Source of the DNA: Hyalangium minutum
GTDB taxonomy: Bacteria > Myxococcota > Myxococcia > Myxococcales > Myxococcaceae
Reading direction: 5' to 3'
Length of the DNA stretch: 124,000 bases
Assembly (NCBI RefSeq): GCF_000737315.1
Contig: NZ_JMCB01000008.1
Coordinates: forward strand, 20,001 to 144,000
The notes beneath the pieces are model-generated. The model worked only from the letters and a program-made list of their open reading frames with translations. It ran no database searches and was not told the DNA's origin. Of the stretch, positions 82,105 through 92,510 are shown in pieces. The position numbers were made by a program, and so were the translations under genes. Within the stretch, counting starts at the first letter, position 1, and each line of letters starts with the position of its first letter.

Positions 82105-84669
82105 ATGCGCCTTCCCCTCCCTCGCTCCCGTCTCCCAGAGCCTCTGGACAGCACTCGCGGTCTGAGCGAGGCCGAAGTGGCCGCGCGCCGACAGCGCTAT
82201 GGGCGCAACAACATCCTCGAGGCGCCTTCCTACACCTGGGCCGAGCTGTGCCGGAACACCGTGAGCGATCCCATGCTCTGGTTCCTGGTGTGCACCAGCG
82301 TGCTCTACCTCGTCCTGGGACAGCCAGTGGAGGGCTGGACGCTGCTGGCCGCGATCGTGCCGCTGGCGGGGATGGACGCCTGGCTCCACCACCGGACGCG
82401 CGCCTCGATGGAGGGCTTGAGCCACCAGTTGGCCGAACACGCCGTCGTCCTGCGAGAAGGCACGCTGCAGCGGGTGGAGGCCACGGATGTGGTGGTGGGG
82501 GATCTGGTGGAGGTGGCCGCGGGAGAGCCCTTCCCCGCCGACGGACTGGTGGTGGCGGGCGAGGGCCTCCAGACGGAGGAGTCGTCGCTGACGGGCGAGT
82601 CTCAGCCCGTGCGCAAGCGGCCCCTCCGCGGCGAGCTCCCACCGGGTAACGATCCCCTGGTGGAGTGGACGCACTGGGGACTGGCGGGGACACGGCTGCT
82701 CACCGGACGCGCGGTTCTCCGGGCCGTCTTCACGGGCGAGGAGACGCTCTATGGGCGGATCACCCGGACGGCCACGCGCCACCAGCGGGCCCGAACGCCC
82801 CTGCAGGCCGCCGTTCAGGGGTTGGTGGCCATCCTCCTGGCCGCCGCGGCGTCCTTCTGCGGTGTCCTCGCCTTCGTGCGCTGGCGCCAGGGCTACGGCT
82901 GGCTGGATGCGATGGTGAGCGCGGCCACGTTGGCGGTGGCGGCACTCCCGGAGGAGTTCCCCGTGGCCCTCACCTTCTTCCTGGGCTCGGGGGTGTACCG
83001 GCTCGCACGCCGCCGAGCCCTCGTGAAGCGGGCCGTGTCGGTGGAGAACATCGGCCGCGTCACCTGCATCTGCATGGACAAGACGGGCACCCTCACCGAG
83101 GGACAGCTCCGCGTCGCCAGCTGCCTGCCCATGGCTCAGGTGTCTCCCGCCCGGCTGCTGCATGCCGCGTCCCGGGCTTCGCGTCCGGAGAACGGCGATC
83201 CGCTGGATGGGGCGATCGCCGCCGCCGCCAGCGCCCAAGGGCCCACGGCGCCTCCCTCCGAGGTGCTGGCCCTCTTCCCCTTCACCGAGGAGCGGCGCCG
83301 GGAGACCGCCGTGGTGCGCGAGGACGATGGCCTCTGGGCCTTCACCAAGGGCTCGCCCGAGGTAGTGCTGGCGGCGTGTACGCTCTCGCCCGAGGAGCGC
83401 GCGGAGTGGAGGCACGAGGTGGAGGCGCAGGCGGCGCAGGGGCGGAAGGTGATCGCGTGCGCGGAGCAGCGGCTCGACGCCCACGGCTGGCTCGGCGGAG
83501 AGCCCTTGCGTGGCCTGCGCTTCCTGGGTCTGGTGGTCTGCGCGGATCCCGTCCGCCCAGGCGTGGCCGAGTCCATCGCCGCCTGCCACCGCGCGGGGAT
83601 TCACCTGGTGATGGTGACGGGAGATCACCCGGAGACGGCCCGCGCGGTGGCACGGGAGATCGGCCTGGGAGGTGAAGCTCCCAGCCTCCTGCTCGGAGAG
83701 GAGCTGGAGGCCCGGCTGAGCCAGACGGGCGGCGTTCTCCCTCGAAACCTGGACATCATCGCGAGGACGCTTCCTGCGCAGAAGCTGGAGCTGGTGCGTG
83801 CGCTGCAGGCCTCCGGAGAGGTGGTGGCGGTCACGGGCGATGGGGTGAACGATGTGCCCGCGCTCCAGGCCGCGGACGTGGGCATCGCGATGGGCGAGCG
83901 TGGCACGCGCAGCGCTCGCGAGGTGGCCTCCATCGTCCTGCTGGACGACAACCTCCACAGCATCGTTGGAGCCATTGCTGAAGGCCGGCAGCTCTTCCAC
84001 AACTTGCGCACGAGCTTCCAGTACCTGCTGCTCATCCACATCCCCCTGGTGGTGACGGCGGCCTTGATTCCGCTGGCGGGCTACCCGCTGCTGTACATGC
84101 CCATCCACGTCATCTGGCTCGAGCTCATCATCCACCCCACGGCCCTGCTGGCGTTCCAGGACGCGGCGAGTCCCGAGGCGCTGCGGCCCTCCGAGCGTCC
84201 TGTCCAGGTGCGCTTCTTCTCGCGCGGCGACTGGGCCGCCGTCTGCGTGTCCAGTGTCGTGCTGGTGGGCGTGATGGTGCTGGGCTACGAGTGGAGCTTG
84301 GGCGGCCATCGCAACGTGGAGCACGCCCGGGCCATGGCGATGGTGGCGCTCACCGTGGCGAGCGCTGGCTTCTGTGCGCTCCTCAGCGGCCTGCGGACCC
84401 GTCTGGCCAAGCTCATCTGCGCGGCCACGCTGGCCAGCGCCCTGGTGCTCGTCCAGGTGCCTGCCCTGGCGCGTCTGCTGCACCTCTCACCCCTGCACGT
84501 TATGGATTGGGGGTGGGCCATCGCGGGAGGAGCCATGGCGTGCCTACCGCTCCTGCCTCGACTCTTCCTCCCGTGGCAGCGCCCGAGGCCCACCCCTCAA
84601 GTGCCGCCAGGCACGCCCAGGCCCAGTCGCCGGTCAGGTTTCAAATGGCCGAGGCAAACGCACGGATGA
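82105..84669 (+). CDS. Cation-transporting P-type ATPase
   Basis: [26 protein letters not shown]; start inferred. Confidence 0.93.
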   Translation: MRLPLPRSRLPEPLDSTRGLSEAEVAARRQRYGRNNILEAPSYTWAELCRNTVSDPMLWFLVCTSVLYLVLGQPVEGWTLLAAIVPLAGMDAWLHHRTRASMEGLSHQLAEHAVVLREGTLQRVEATDVVVGDLVEVAAGEPFPADGLVVAGEGLQTEESSLTGESQPVRKRPLRGELPPGNDPLVEWTHWGLAGTRLLTGRAVLRAVFTGEETLYGRITRTATRHQRARTPLQAAVQGLVAILLAAAASFCGVLAFVRWRQGYGWLDAMVSAATLAVAALPEEFPVALTFFLGSGVYRLARRRALVKRAVSVENIGRVTCICMDKTGTLTEGQLRVASCLPMAQVSPARLLHAASRASRPENGDPLDGAIAAAASAQGPTAPPSEVLALFPFTEERRRETAVVREDDGLWAFTKGSPEVVLAACTLSPEERAEWRHEVEAQAAQGRKVIACAEQRLDAHGWLGGEPLRGLRFLGLVVCADPVRPGVAESIAACHRAGIHLVMVTGDHPETARAVAREIGLGGEAPSLLLGEELEARLSQTGGVLPRNLDIIARTLPAQKLELVRALQASGEVVAVTGDGVNDVPALQAADVGIAMGERGTRSAREVASIVLLDDNLHSIVGAIAEGRQLFHNLRTSFQYLLLIHIPLVVTAALIPLAGYPLLYMPIHVIWLELIIHPTALLAFQDAASPEALRPSERPVQVRFFSRGDWAAVCVSSVVLVGVMVLGYEWSLGGHRNVEHARAMAMVALTVASAGFCALLSGLRTRLAKLICAATLASALVLVQVPALARLLHLSPLHVMDWGWAIAGGAMACLPLLPRLFLPWQRPRPTPQVPPGTPRPSRRSGFKWPRQTHG

Positions 84670-84829
84670 ACTGCTCCTCGCGCTCGCGAGGCATCCGGGG
84701 GGCCGCAGGGAGGGCGGCCTTGCCCCGTCCACCCCCTGTAGCCTTCAGCCCCAACACCGGAGCACTCGGGCGGCAGGACACTTGGTCCACCCACTCTCCC
84801 CTGGGCTCCCGAAGGCCCTACTCTTCTGT

Positions 84830-85104
84830 ATGTCACTCGAACGCTTTTGTCGGAAGCAGGTGGCCACCGCCCTGGCAACCGAGACGGTCCAGGCGGCAGC
84901 CGAGCGAATGACCCAGCAGCACGTCGGTGCCCTCGTCGTCGTGGAGGACTCGGGACAGCCGGTCGGCATCCTGACAGACCGCGACATCGTCTGCCGCGTC
85001 CTGAACGAGCGGCGAGATCCAGGCACCACCTCCATCCGCGAGGTGATGAGCGCCAACCCCGTGGTGGCCCGTGACACCGAACGGATCGACGAGGTGGTCT
85101 TCAC
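84830..85104 (+). pseudogene. Truncated CBS-domain protein
   Basis: V.AAAERM...VGALVVV...[11 protein letters not shown]; breaks after IDEVVFT where it meets the antisense pdhA fragment. Confidence 0.75.
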
Positions 85105-85395
85105 CACCTTCGCGAACATCTCCGCCATGATGGCCCGGGCGGGCACTCCGCGCGCCAGGGCGTGCCCGTGCTCGCGGTAGTGCGAGACGATGGCGTCCTC
85201 CGGCTGGAGCGCGCGCAAGGCGCCCACCGCGCAGGCCTCCTCACCGATATAGAGGTGAAGAAAGCCGCGAATCTTCCCCGCGCTGTAGGCCTGGGCGCTC
85301 GCCTCCTCGAAGCGGCGGATGAGCTGCATCTGCCGCAGCCAGCCGAGCGCCTCGTCCCGGGTGGGTGCCAGCGTGGGAGGGGGCTTCTCGCTCAT
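85105..85395 (-). pseudogene. pdhA: Truncated pyruvate dehydrogenase E1 alpha (first about 97 aa)
   Basis: [36 protein letters not shown], then no GGSMH or TPP motif. Confidence 0.85.
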
Positions 85396-87146
85396 GGCGA
85401 GGCCTCCAGGGTGGAGGTATCCCCCTCGGGCAGACCCTGCTCGCGGGCCTTGAGCAGCCGGCGCATGATCTTCCCCGAGCGCGTGCGCGGCAGTGTGGGC
85501 AGGAACTCCAGCTCTTTGGGGGCGACCACCGCGCCCAGCCGCGTGCGCGCGTGGGCAAGCAGCTCCCGGCGCAGCGCCTCCCCGGGGGTGAAGCCCTCCT
85601 TGAGGGAGACGAAGGCCTTCACCACCTCGCCGATGGTGGGCTCGGGCCGGCCGATGACACCCGCCTCGGCCACGGCGGGGTGCTCGAGCAGCGCGCTCTC
85701 CACCTCGAACGGACCAATGAGGTGGCCCATCGACTTGATCACATCGTCGGCACGCCCCACGAACCAGAAGTAGCCGTCCGCGTCCTTCCGGGCGAGATCG
85801 CCGCTGAGGTACCAGCCGCTGGCGAAGCACTTGCGGTAGCGCTCCTCCTCGTGAAGGTAGCCGCGGAACATGGAGGGCCAGCCCGGACGCAGCGCGAGCT
85901 CCCCCTCGGTGTTGGGCGTGTCCACGGGCTCCACGCTCCCGTCGGGCCCACGCCGGACGATAGCGGCCTCCACCCCTGGCAGCGGCCGGCCCATGGAGCC
86001 CGGCTTGATGTTCATGGAGGCGTAGTTGGCCACCATGATTCCGCCCGTCTCCGTCTGCCACCAGTTGTCGTGGATGGGCAGCCCGAGCGCCTGCTGTCCC
86101 CAGAGGACTGCCTCCGGATTGAGGGGCTCTCCGACGCTGGCGATGAAGCGCAGGGTGCCGAGGTTGAAGCGGCGGGGCAGCGCCTCACCGGCCTTCATCA
86201 ACATCCGCACCGCTGTGGGCGCCGTGTACCAGACCGTGACGCGCTCGTCCTGGAGGATGCGGTACCAGCGCTCGGCGTCGAAGTCCGCCTCGTCCACCAC
86301 GCAGGTGAGGCCGTGCGTCAGCGGAGAGATGATGCCGTACGAGGTACCCGTCACCCAGCCAGGATCGGCGGTACACCAGAAGATGTCGTCCGGGTGGAAG
86401 TCCAGGACGAGCGTCCCAGTGACGTGGTGGGCGAGCACCGCGCGGTGGACATGAATGGCGCCCTTGGGAGTGCCGGTGGTGCCGCTGGTGAAGTGCAGCA
86501 GGGCCATGTCCTCGGGAGCAGTGGGGCCAATCGTGTAGGAGTCACGGGCACGCTCCAGGAGCGCCAGGAGCGCCTGGGTGCCCTCCCCCGCCTCTCCGTC
86601 CACGAGGAGCACGTGCCTCAGCTCCGGGAGCGAGCCGCGCAGCGGCGCCACCTTCTTGCGGTAGAGGGCCTCCGTCGTCACCAGCACGCGGGCGCCGCCG
86701 AGTTGGAGGCGGGCGCGGATGGGCTCGGGGCCAAAGGCAGAGAACAAGGGGCAGAAGACGGCCCGGTGCTTCAGTGTGCCGAGCGCGGTGATGTAGAGCT
86801 CGGGGATGCGCCCCAGCAGCGAGAAGACGCGCTCGCCGGGTGAGAGGCCCAAGCCCGCGAGCACGTGGGCGAAGCGGCTCGTCCAGGCCGAGAGCTCTGC
86901 ATAGGTGAGGAGCCTGCGCTCGCCATGGCGGCCCAGCCAGCGAAGCGCCTGCCGCCCTCCCCGTCCCTCCAGGATGTGCCGGTCCACAGCCTCGTGGGCG
87001 ATGTTGAGACCTCGTCCATCGGGGAGCCCGGCCAGCTCGCGCTCCGCGGCCTCCCAGGAAAAGGACGCACGCGCCGCCTCGTAGCTGGGCATGTTGGGTG
87101 CGCCGCGCCAGTCTGGGTGCAGCTTGCGGATCATCCGCTCGTCCAT
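85392..87146 (-). CDS. acsA: Acetate--CoA ligase (AcsA type)
   Basis: [50 protein letters not shown]. Confidence 0.93.
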   Translation of the reverse strand: MDERMIRKLHPDWRGAPNMPSYEAARASFSWEAAERELAGLPDGRGLNIAHEAVDRHILEGRGGRQALRWLGRHGERRLLTYAELSAWTSRFAHVLAGLGLSPGERVFSLLGRIPELYITALGTLKHRAVFCPLFSAFGPEPIRARLQLGGARVLVTTEALYRKKVAPLRGSLPELRHVLLVDGEAGEGTQALLALLERARDSYTIGPTAPEDMALLHFTSGTTGTPKGAIHVHRAVLAHHVTGTLVLDFHPDDIFWCTADPGWVTGTSYGIISPLTHGLTCVVDEADFDAERWYRILQDERVTVWYTAPTAVRMLMKAGEALPRRFNLGTLRFIASVGEPLNPEAVLWGQQALGLPIHDNWWQTETGGIMVANYASMNIKPGSMGRPLPGVEAAIVRRGPDGSVEPVDTPNTEGELALRPGWPSMFRGYLHEEERYRKCFASGWYLSGDLARKDADGYFWFVGRADDVIKSMGHLIGPFEVESALLEHPAVAEAGVIGRPEPTIGEVVKAFVSLKEGFTPGEALRRELLAHARTRLGAVVAPKELEFLPTLPRTRSGKIMRRLLKAREQGLPEGDTSTLEASP

Positions 87147-87309
87147 CGCTGGCCCCACCGTCCTCGCCGCTCCGGCGCAGGGAGCCCTGGCCGGGCGAGG
87201 AGAAGAAGTAGCCCACGCGTGTTGGCAGGTCATCCCGGACGCGGAGCCGGGGAGATCGTCCTTCAGCGGACGGCCCAGGGGCTCCGGCGCCCCACCGCCG
87301 GAACGGGGC

Positions 87310-88194
87310 TCACAGAGGCTCCAGCACCCGGCGGAGATGCATGAGCACCTGCTTGATCTTCGGAATCTCCGAGAGCGCCTCGGGCACGCTGATTCGGAGC
87401 GCGCGCTCACGCCCCACCACGGTGGGCAGCACGGGCACCAACAGATCTTCGGGAACGCCGGGATCGGGCAGGTCCGCGCTGGGGACCAGGCCGATCCCCA
87501 ACCCCGCGATGCAGCAGGAGCGGATGAAGTGGATGTCCGCCGTGATGAGCGCCGGCTCGACCCGGATCGACGGCCCGCGCAGCGTGGGCCAGGAGCGTGC
87601 ATCCCCTCCTGGCGCTTCCCAGGAGAAGAGCTCGTGGCCTTGCAGCTCCTCCAACGAGCGCGGCGTCCCATTCCGCTCCAGGTAGTCCCTGCTGGCGATC
87701 AGCCCCTCGCGCACCCGCAGCACCACCTGAGAGAGCCACGGCCCCCGCGGCGTGTCCTCGCCAAAGTGGACCGCTATGTCCACGTCGTCCAGCGGCTCGC
87801 CCAGGGGATCGGCACTGAAGCGGGCGTGGACGTGGAGCAACGGATAGGTGCTCCGGAACGCTCCGAAGAGCGGCGTGAGCAAGTGCGGCGGCAGCCCCAC
87901 GGGCATCACCACCCGGAGCGTGCCCGAGGGCTCATGGCCCACCTCACGGATGGAGGCCAGCAGCGCGCTCGTCTCCTGCATCATGATCCGCCCACGCTGG
88001 GCGAGCACCTCCCCGGCCTCGGTCAAGAGGATGCCCTGCCGCGTGCTCTTGAGGAGCGGCACGCCCGCGCGCGCCTCCAGGGCTTCGACCCGGCGGCGCA
88101 GGGTGGTGCGTGACACGCCCAGCGACTCAGCGGCCGCCAGAAAGGACCCCGTCTCCGCGACGTCGAGAAAGGCCCTCAGCTCTTCCAGATCCAT
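87310..88194 (-). CDS. LysR-family regulator
   Basis: L..F..VAE.GSF.AAA..LG, LTEAG; divergent from the CHRD gene. Confidence 0.9.
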   Translation of the reverse strand: MDLEELRAFLDVAETGSFLAAAESLGVSRTTLRRRVEALEARAGVPLLKSTRQGILLTEAGEVLAQRGRIMMQETSALLASIREVGHEPSGTLRVVMPVGLPPHLLTPLFGAFRSTYPLLHVHARFSADPLGEPLDDVDIAVHFGEDTPRGPWLSQVVLRVREGLIASRDYLERNGTPRSLEELQGHELFSWEAPGGDARSWPTLRGPSIRVEPALITADIHFIRSCCIAGLGIGLVPSADLPDPGVPEDLLVPVLPTVVGRERALRISVPEALSEIPKIKQVLMHLRRVLEPL

Positions 88195-88334
88195 GCGCTT
88201 GCCTCGCTGCCAGGAATGAAGTGCCACGCCCGCACTGCACAGAGTTTGGACACCGCATGTCCGTCTTCGGCCATCCCTCGTGCGCCGCCGCGAGTACGAA
88301 GAGAGCGTCCAACTTCCCACAGGTGGAATGCCCC

Positions 88335-88973
88335 ATGCGCACCCCCGTCCTCCTCGCCCTCCCCCTCGCTCTGTTCACGCTGCCCGCCCTGGCCAAGGAT
88401 CCGGCCCTCGGCGCGACCACCTACACGGTCTACGAAGCCTACATGAGCCCCGCCCAGGAGCCGGGCGAGGAGTCGGAGACGCCGAAGGCACTGGAGAAGA
88501 GCCTCGGGGCCACCGCCCCCTCGACGCCGCGCGAGAACCGCAAGTCTCGCGGCTATGGGCAGATCCGGTTCGCCAAGGACCTGAGCAAGGCCTATGTGGA
88601 CGTCGAGATCCAAGGGGTCAACGCGGCGGACATCCTCATGTTCCACATCCACTGCGGCCCTCCGGGAGTCCTGGGCCCCATCATCGTGGATTTTGGCGAG
88701 TCCGAGAGCCCCGCGAAGAAGCTGGCCAACGGCAAGATGACCCTGGAGCTCACCAACAAGAATGTCCTCTTCGTCAAGGACATGCCCAAGAGCCTGAAGC
88801 CCTCGCTGCCCGAGAGCTGCCCGGCGGAGCTAGGCTTCCTGGCCCAGACCAAGACGATCGCGGGGCTCGAGTACCTGGCGCGCAAGGGCGTGCTCTACTT
88901 CAACCTCCACACCAAGGCTCACACGTACTACGGGGAGATGCGCGGCCAGCTCTACCCAGCCAAGGAGGAGTAG
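88335..88973 (+). CDS. Secreted CHRD-domain protein
   Basis: Signal peptide; MSPAQE, G.G...F, FHIHCG..G..GPI, LYFNLHT....GEMRGQL. Confidence 0.8.
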   Translation: MRTPVLLALPLALFTLPALAKDPALGATTYTVYEAYMSPAQEPGEESETPKALEKSLGATAPSTPRENRKSRGYGQIRFAKDLSKAYVDVEIQGVNAADILMFHIHCGPPGVLGPIIVDFGESESPAKKLANGKMTLELTNKNVLFVKDMPKSLKPSLPESCPAELGFLAQTKTIAGLEYLARKGVLYFNLHTKAHTYYGEMRGQLYPAKEE

Positions 88974-88985
88974 CCCCAGGCGCGA

Positions 88986-89046
88986 AGTACGAGCCCTGGA
89001 CTGAAACTGAACGGGCCCCCGATCGACTCGTTGAGACTCGTAAGTT
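88986..89046 (+). promoter_or_regulatory. Conserved non-coding block upstream of hydrogenase copy 1
   Basis: AGTACGAGCC and CGTTGAGACTCGT.AGTT recur with identical spacing at 105966-106026. Confidence 0.55.
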
Positions 89047-89130
89047 TGCCCTCGGGATGGCTTGAGGGCTCCAGCGCCCCAGCCCAAGGTCTGCCCCCTG
89101 TCGCGGGACTGTGCTCGCGCTGGAGGTGCC

Positions 89131-90282
89131 ATGCCTGAGGTCGCCGCATCCGCTCCGGAGAAGGGACATGCCCGGCTCTCCCTGGAGCAATTCGAGGCGC
89201 TGCTGATGGCGCTGCGGAACGAGGGATGGCAGCTCGTCGGGCCCACCGTGCGAGATGAAGCCCTCGTCCACGAGGGAATCTCCGGCGTGAAGGACCTGCC
89301 CCGCGGGTGGACGGAGGTTCAAGAGGCCGGGAGGTACAGGCTGGCGCGGCGCGAGGATGAGGCGCTCTTCGGCTACTCGGTGGGGCCCAAGTCCTGGAAG
89401 CACCTGCTGTTCGTCCCGCGGCTGCGCCTGATGAGCGCACATCGCCAGGAGGAGGGCTTCCGCGTCGAGAGCGAGCCCTCAGCGCCGCCCCGGCTGGCCC
89501 TCATTGGAGCCCGCTCCTGTGATCTGCACGCCATCGCCGTACAGGACCGGACCTTCCTGGAGGGCCCTTATCGGGATCCGGACTATGCGGCCCGGCGTGA
89601 GCGGCTCTTCGTCGTGGCCGTCAATTGTGGGCAGGCGGGAGGCACCTGCTTCTGCGTGTCCATGCGGACCGGCCCCCGCGTCACCTTCGGGTTCGACATC
89701 GCCCTCACCGAGCTGCTTGAGGGCGAGCACCGCTTCTTGGCGGAGGCGGGCAGCGAGCGGGGAGCGGCGCTGTTGGCGCGGCTGGGAGCTGGAGCGGCCT
89801 CGGAGGAGGACCTCCGGACGGCGGACGCGGTGGTGGAGCGAACCGCCCAGCGCATGGGCCGCACGATGGACACCACGGACATCAAGGGACTGCTCTACCG
89901 CAACCTGGAGCACCCGCGCTGGGACGACGTGGCGCAGCGCTGCCTGGCCTGCACCAACTGCACGCTGGTGTGCCCCACCTGCTTCTGCTCCACGGTGGAG
90001 GACACCTCGGACCTGCGAGGCGAGGTGGCCGAGCGGTGGCGCCGCTGGGACTCGTGCTTCACCCTGGAGCACTCCCATCTGCACGGGGGCAACGTCCGCC
90101 AGAGCATCCGGAGCCGCTACCGGCAGTGGCACACGCACAAGCTGGCGAGCTGGTGGGATCAGTTCGGCACCTCTGGGTGTATCGGCTGCGGGCGCTGCAT
90201 CACCTGGTGTCCCGTGGGCATCGACATCACCGAAGAGGTGGCCGCCATCCGCGCCGCCGATGGAGCCCGGAGCAGCGCCTGA
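89131..90282 (+). CDS. hydB: Group 3b hydrogenase beta (4Fe-4S) subunit
   Basis: [16 protein letters not shown] and [14 protein letters not shown]; G.RSCDL..I...D. Confidence 0.9.
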   Translation: MPEVAASAPEKGHARLSLEQFEALLMALRNEGWQLVGPTVRDEALVHEGISGVKDLPRGWTEVQEAGRYRLARREDEALFGYSVGPKSWKHLLFVPRLRLMSAHRQEEGFRVESEPSAPPRLALIGARSCDLHAIAVQDRTFLEGPYRDPDYAARRERLFVVAVNCGQAGGTCFCVSMRTGPRVTFGFDIALTELLEGEHRFLAEAGSERGAALLARLGAGAASEEDLRTADAVVERTAQRMGRTMDTTDIKGLLYRNLEHPRWDDVAQRCLACTNCTLVCPTCFCSTVEDTSDLRGEVAERWRRWDSCFTLEHSHLHGGNVRQSIRSRYRQWHTHKLASWWDQFGTSGCIGCGRCITWCPVGIDITEEVAAIRAADGARSSA

Positions 90283-90291
90283 GAGGAGCCC

Positions 90292-90396
90292 ATGACTTCG
90301 CCCCTTCCTCCTCTCGAGCAGCATCCCTTCCTGCGCGGGCTCTCTCCCGGACAACGCCAACGCCCCAGCGTTCCGGGAGGAGAGCCAGCGCCATGA
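90292..90396 (+). pseudogene. Chimeric 34-codon relic: 5' end of the cNMP gene joined to the 3' end of hydD
   Basis: First 60 nt match 106178-106240 ([16 protein letters not shown]); remainder matches the hydD end 108235-108270; junction at CAAC. Confidence 0.85.
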
Positions 90397-91688
90397 CGAA
90401 TAAGACGCGCACCCTCCAGGTGGACTACCTCACGCGCGTGGAGGGAGAGGCCTCGCTCATCTTGCGCCTGGAGGGCGATAAGGCCACGGACGTGCGCCTG
90501 GCCATCTTCGAGCCTCCGCGCTTCTTCGAGGCGCTGCTGCGTGGGCGCTCGTACCTGGAGGCACCGGACATCACCTCGCGGATCTGCGGCATCTGCCCGG
90601 CGGCGTACCTGTTGAGCGCCTGCCACGCGGTGGAGGCCGCGCTGGGCGTGCACGTGGACGGGCCGCTCCGGGATCTGCGGCGGCTGCTGTACTGCGGCGA
90701 GTGGATCGAGAGCCATGCCCTCCACGTCTTCCTGCTGCACGCGCCCGACTTCCTGGGCTACCCGGACGCCCTCTCCATGGCGAAGGAGCACGGCGAGTGG
90801 GTGCAGCGAGGCCTGCGCATCAAGAAGGCGGGGAACACGCTCATGTCCATCCTGGGGGGCCGGTCCATCCACCCCATCAACGTGCGCGTGGGCGGCTTCT
90901 ACCGTGTGCCTCGGCGGGCTGAATTGGAGGCCCACCTGCCGGAGCTGCGCCGGGGACGTGACGCCACGATGGAGGCGTTGGAATGGATGGCCCGCTTCCC
91001 CTTCCCCGCATTCGAGCGCCCCTACGAGTTCGTCTCCCTGAGCCACCCCCATGAGTATCCACTGCTGGGAGAGCGGCTCGTCTCCTCCGAGGGGCTGGAC
91101 ATCCCTGTGGGCGAGTGGGACGCGCATTTCGTGGAGGAGCAGGTGCCGTACTCGAGCGCGCTGCACGCCCGGCGCGTGGGGAGGGGCGCGTACCTGTGTG
91201 GCCCGCTGGCCCGCTTCAACCTCCACTTCGACCAGTTGGCGCCCGAGGTGCAGGAAGCGGCTCACTGGGTAGGACTGTCCGTGCCGTGCCGGAACCCCTT
91301 CCGCACGCTGCTCGTGCGGCTGGTGGAGGTGCTCCAGTCCTTCACCACAGCCATTCATCTCATCGAGGACTACGAGGAACCCCCCGCGCCTCACGTGGAC
91401 ACTCCGCCCCGGGCGGGCACGGGTGTGGGTGCCACGGAGGCGCCTCGCGGGCTGCTCTACCACCGCTACACCCTGGACTCGGAGGGCACCATCCAGGAGG
91501 CCCGGATCGTCCCACCGACGTCGCAGAACCAGCTGTCCATCGAGGAAGACCTGCGCACGCTCGCGCCGGAGCTGGCCACTCGGCCCCTCGGGGATGCGAC
91601 CCTGCTGGCCGAGCGGGCCATCCGCAACCACGATCCGTGCATCTCGTGTGCGACCCACTTCCTCACTCTGAAACGGGAGCAGATATGA
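90393..91688 (+). CDS. hydA: Group 3b [NiFe]-hydrogenase large subunit
   Basis: TRVEG, L1 [22 protein letters not shown]2 DPCISCATH plus cleavable tail. Confidence 0.93.
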   Translation: MTNKTRTLQVDYLTRVEGEASLILRLEGDKATDVRLAIFEPPRFFEALLRGRSYLEAPDITSRICGICPAAYLLSACHAVEAALGVHVDGPLRDLRRLLYCGEWIESHALHVFLLHAPDFLGYPDALSMAKEHGEWVQRGLRIKKAGNTLMSILGGRSIHPINVRVGGFYRVPRRAELEAHLPELRRGRDATMEALEWMARFPFPAFERPYEFVSLSHPHEYPLLGERLVSSEGLDIPVGEWDAHFVEEQVPYSSALHARRVGRGAYLCGPLARFNLHFDQLAPEVQEAAHWVGLSVPCRNPFRTLLVRLVEVLQSFTTAIHLIEDYEEPPAPHVDTPPRAGTGVGATEAPRGLLYHRYTLDSEGTIQEARIVPPTSQNQLSIEEDLRTLAPELATRPLGDATLLAERAIRNHDPCISCATHFLTLKREQI

Positions 91689-92167
91689 GCGAGAAAGCAC
91701 GCGTCATCGGCCTTGGGCAGGCGGCCGCCGGCGATGATCAGGTGGGACTGGCCGTCATCGAACGCCTGCGAATGCAGGGAGCTCCGGAGGGCGTGGAGTT
91801 GTTGGTGGCCGCCGAGCCGAGCGCACTCCTTCCGCTGCTGGAGACACCGGTCCCGGTCGTGCTCGTGGATGCGGTGCTGGCGGCACCGTCGGGCGAGGTG
91901 TGGGTCCTGGAGCCCGCGGAGCTGGAGCTGCGGGGACTCTCCACGATGTCGACCCACGGGCTTGGGGTGGCGCAGGCGGTGGCACTGGCCCAGCAGCTGT
92001 CTCCCGGAGCGGTGTCCCCTTCCATCCACCTCGTCGCCGTCAGCATCTCGCGGCCGGCGCGCTTCCAGCAGGGACTCTCTCCCGAGGTGGCCGCCGCTGT
92101 TCCTCGCGCGGCGGAGCACATCCTGCGAACCCTTCCCCTCTTGGAACAGGAGCAACGCCATGCATGA
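91685..92167 (+). CDS. Hydrogenase maturation protease
   Basis: G.G....GDD.VG, VDAV, STHGLG. Confidence 0.85.
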   Translation: MSEKARVIGLGQAAAGDDQVGLAVIERLRMQGAPEGVELLVAAEPSALLPLLETPVPVVLVDAVLAAPSGEVWVLEPAELELRGLSTMSTHGLGVAQAVALAQQLSPGAVSPSIHLVAVSISRPARFQQGLSPEVAAAVPRAAEHILRTLPLLEQEQRHA

Positions 92168-92501
92168 GACGTCACTGGCCCGGCAGATGCTCGATGCGGT
92201 CCTCCAGCGCGCCAAGGCGCATGGAGCCTCGCGCGTGCGCGAGGTGCGAGGCTGGGTCGCGGAGACGGAGTCGCTGTCGCCCGACAGCCTCTCGTTCCAC
92301 TTCGCGGCTCACGCGCGGGGCACGAAGGCCGAAGGAGCAAGGCTCCTGCTGGAGCTCATCCACGTGGAGGCGCGCTGCCGGGCCTGTAACCGCACCTATG
92401 CCCCCGAGCACCACCTCCTGCTGTGTCCGGCCTGCGGCAGCACCGACGGAGAGCAGCTCCGGCAGACGGGACTGGCCGTCACCTCCATCGACGTGGAGTG
92501 A
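92160..92501 (+). CDS. hypA: Nickel chaperone HypA
   Basis: MHE N-terminus, CRAC..CPACG. Confidence 0.92.
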   Translation: MHETSLARQMLDAVLQRAKAHGASRVREVRGWVAETESLSPDSLSFHFAAHARGTKAEGARLLLELIHVEARCRACNRTYAPEHHLLLCPACGSTDGEQLRQTGLAVTSIDVE

Positions 92502-92510
92502 GGACTGGGC

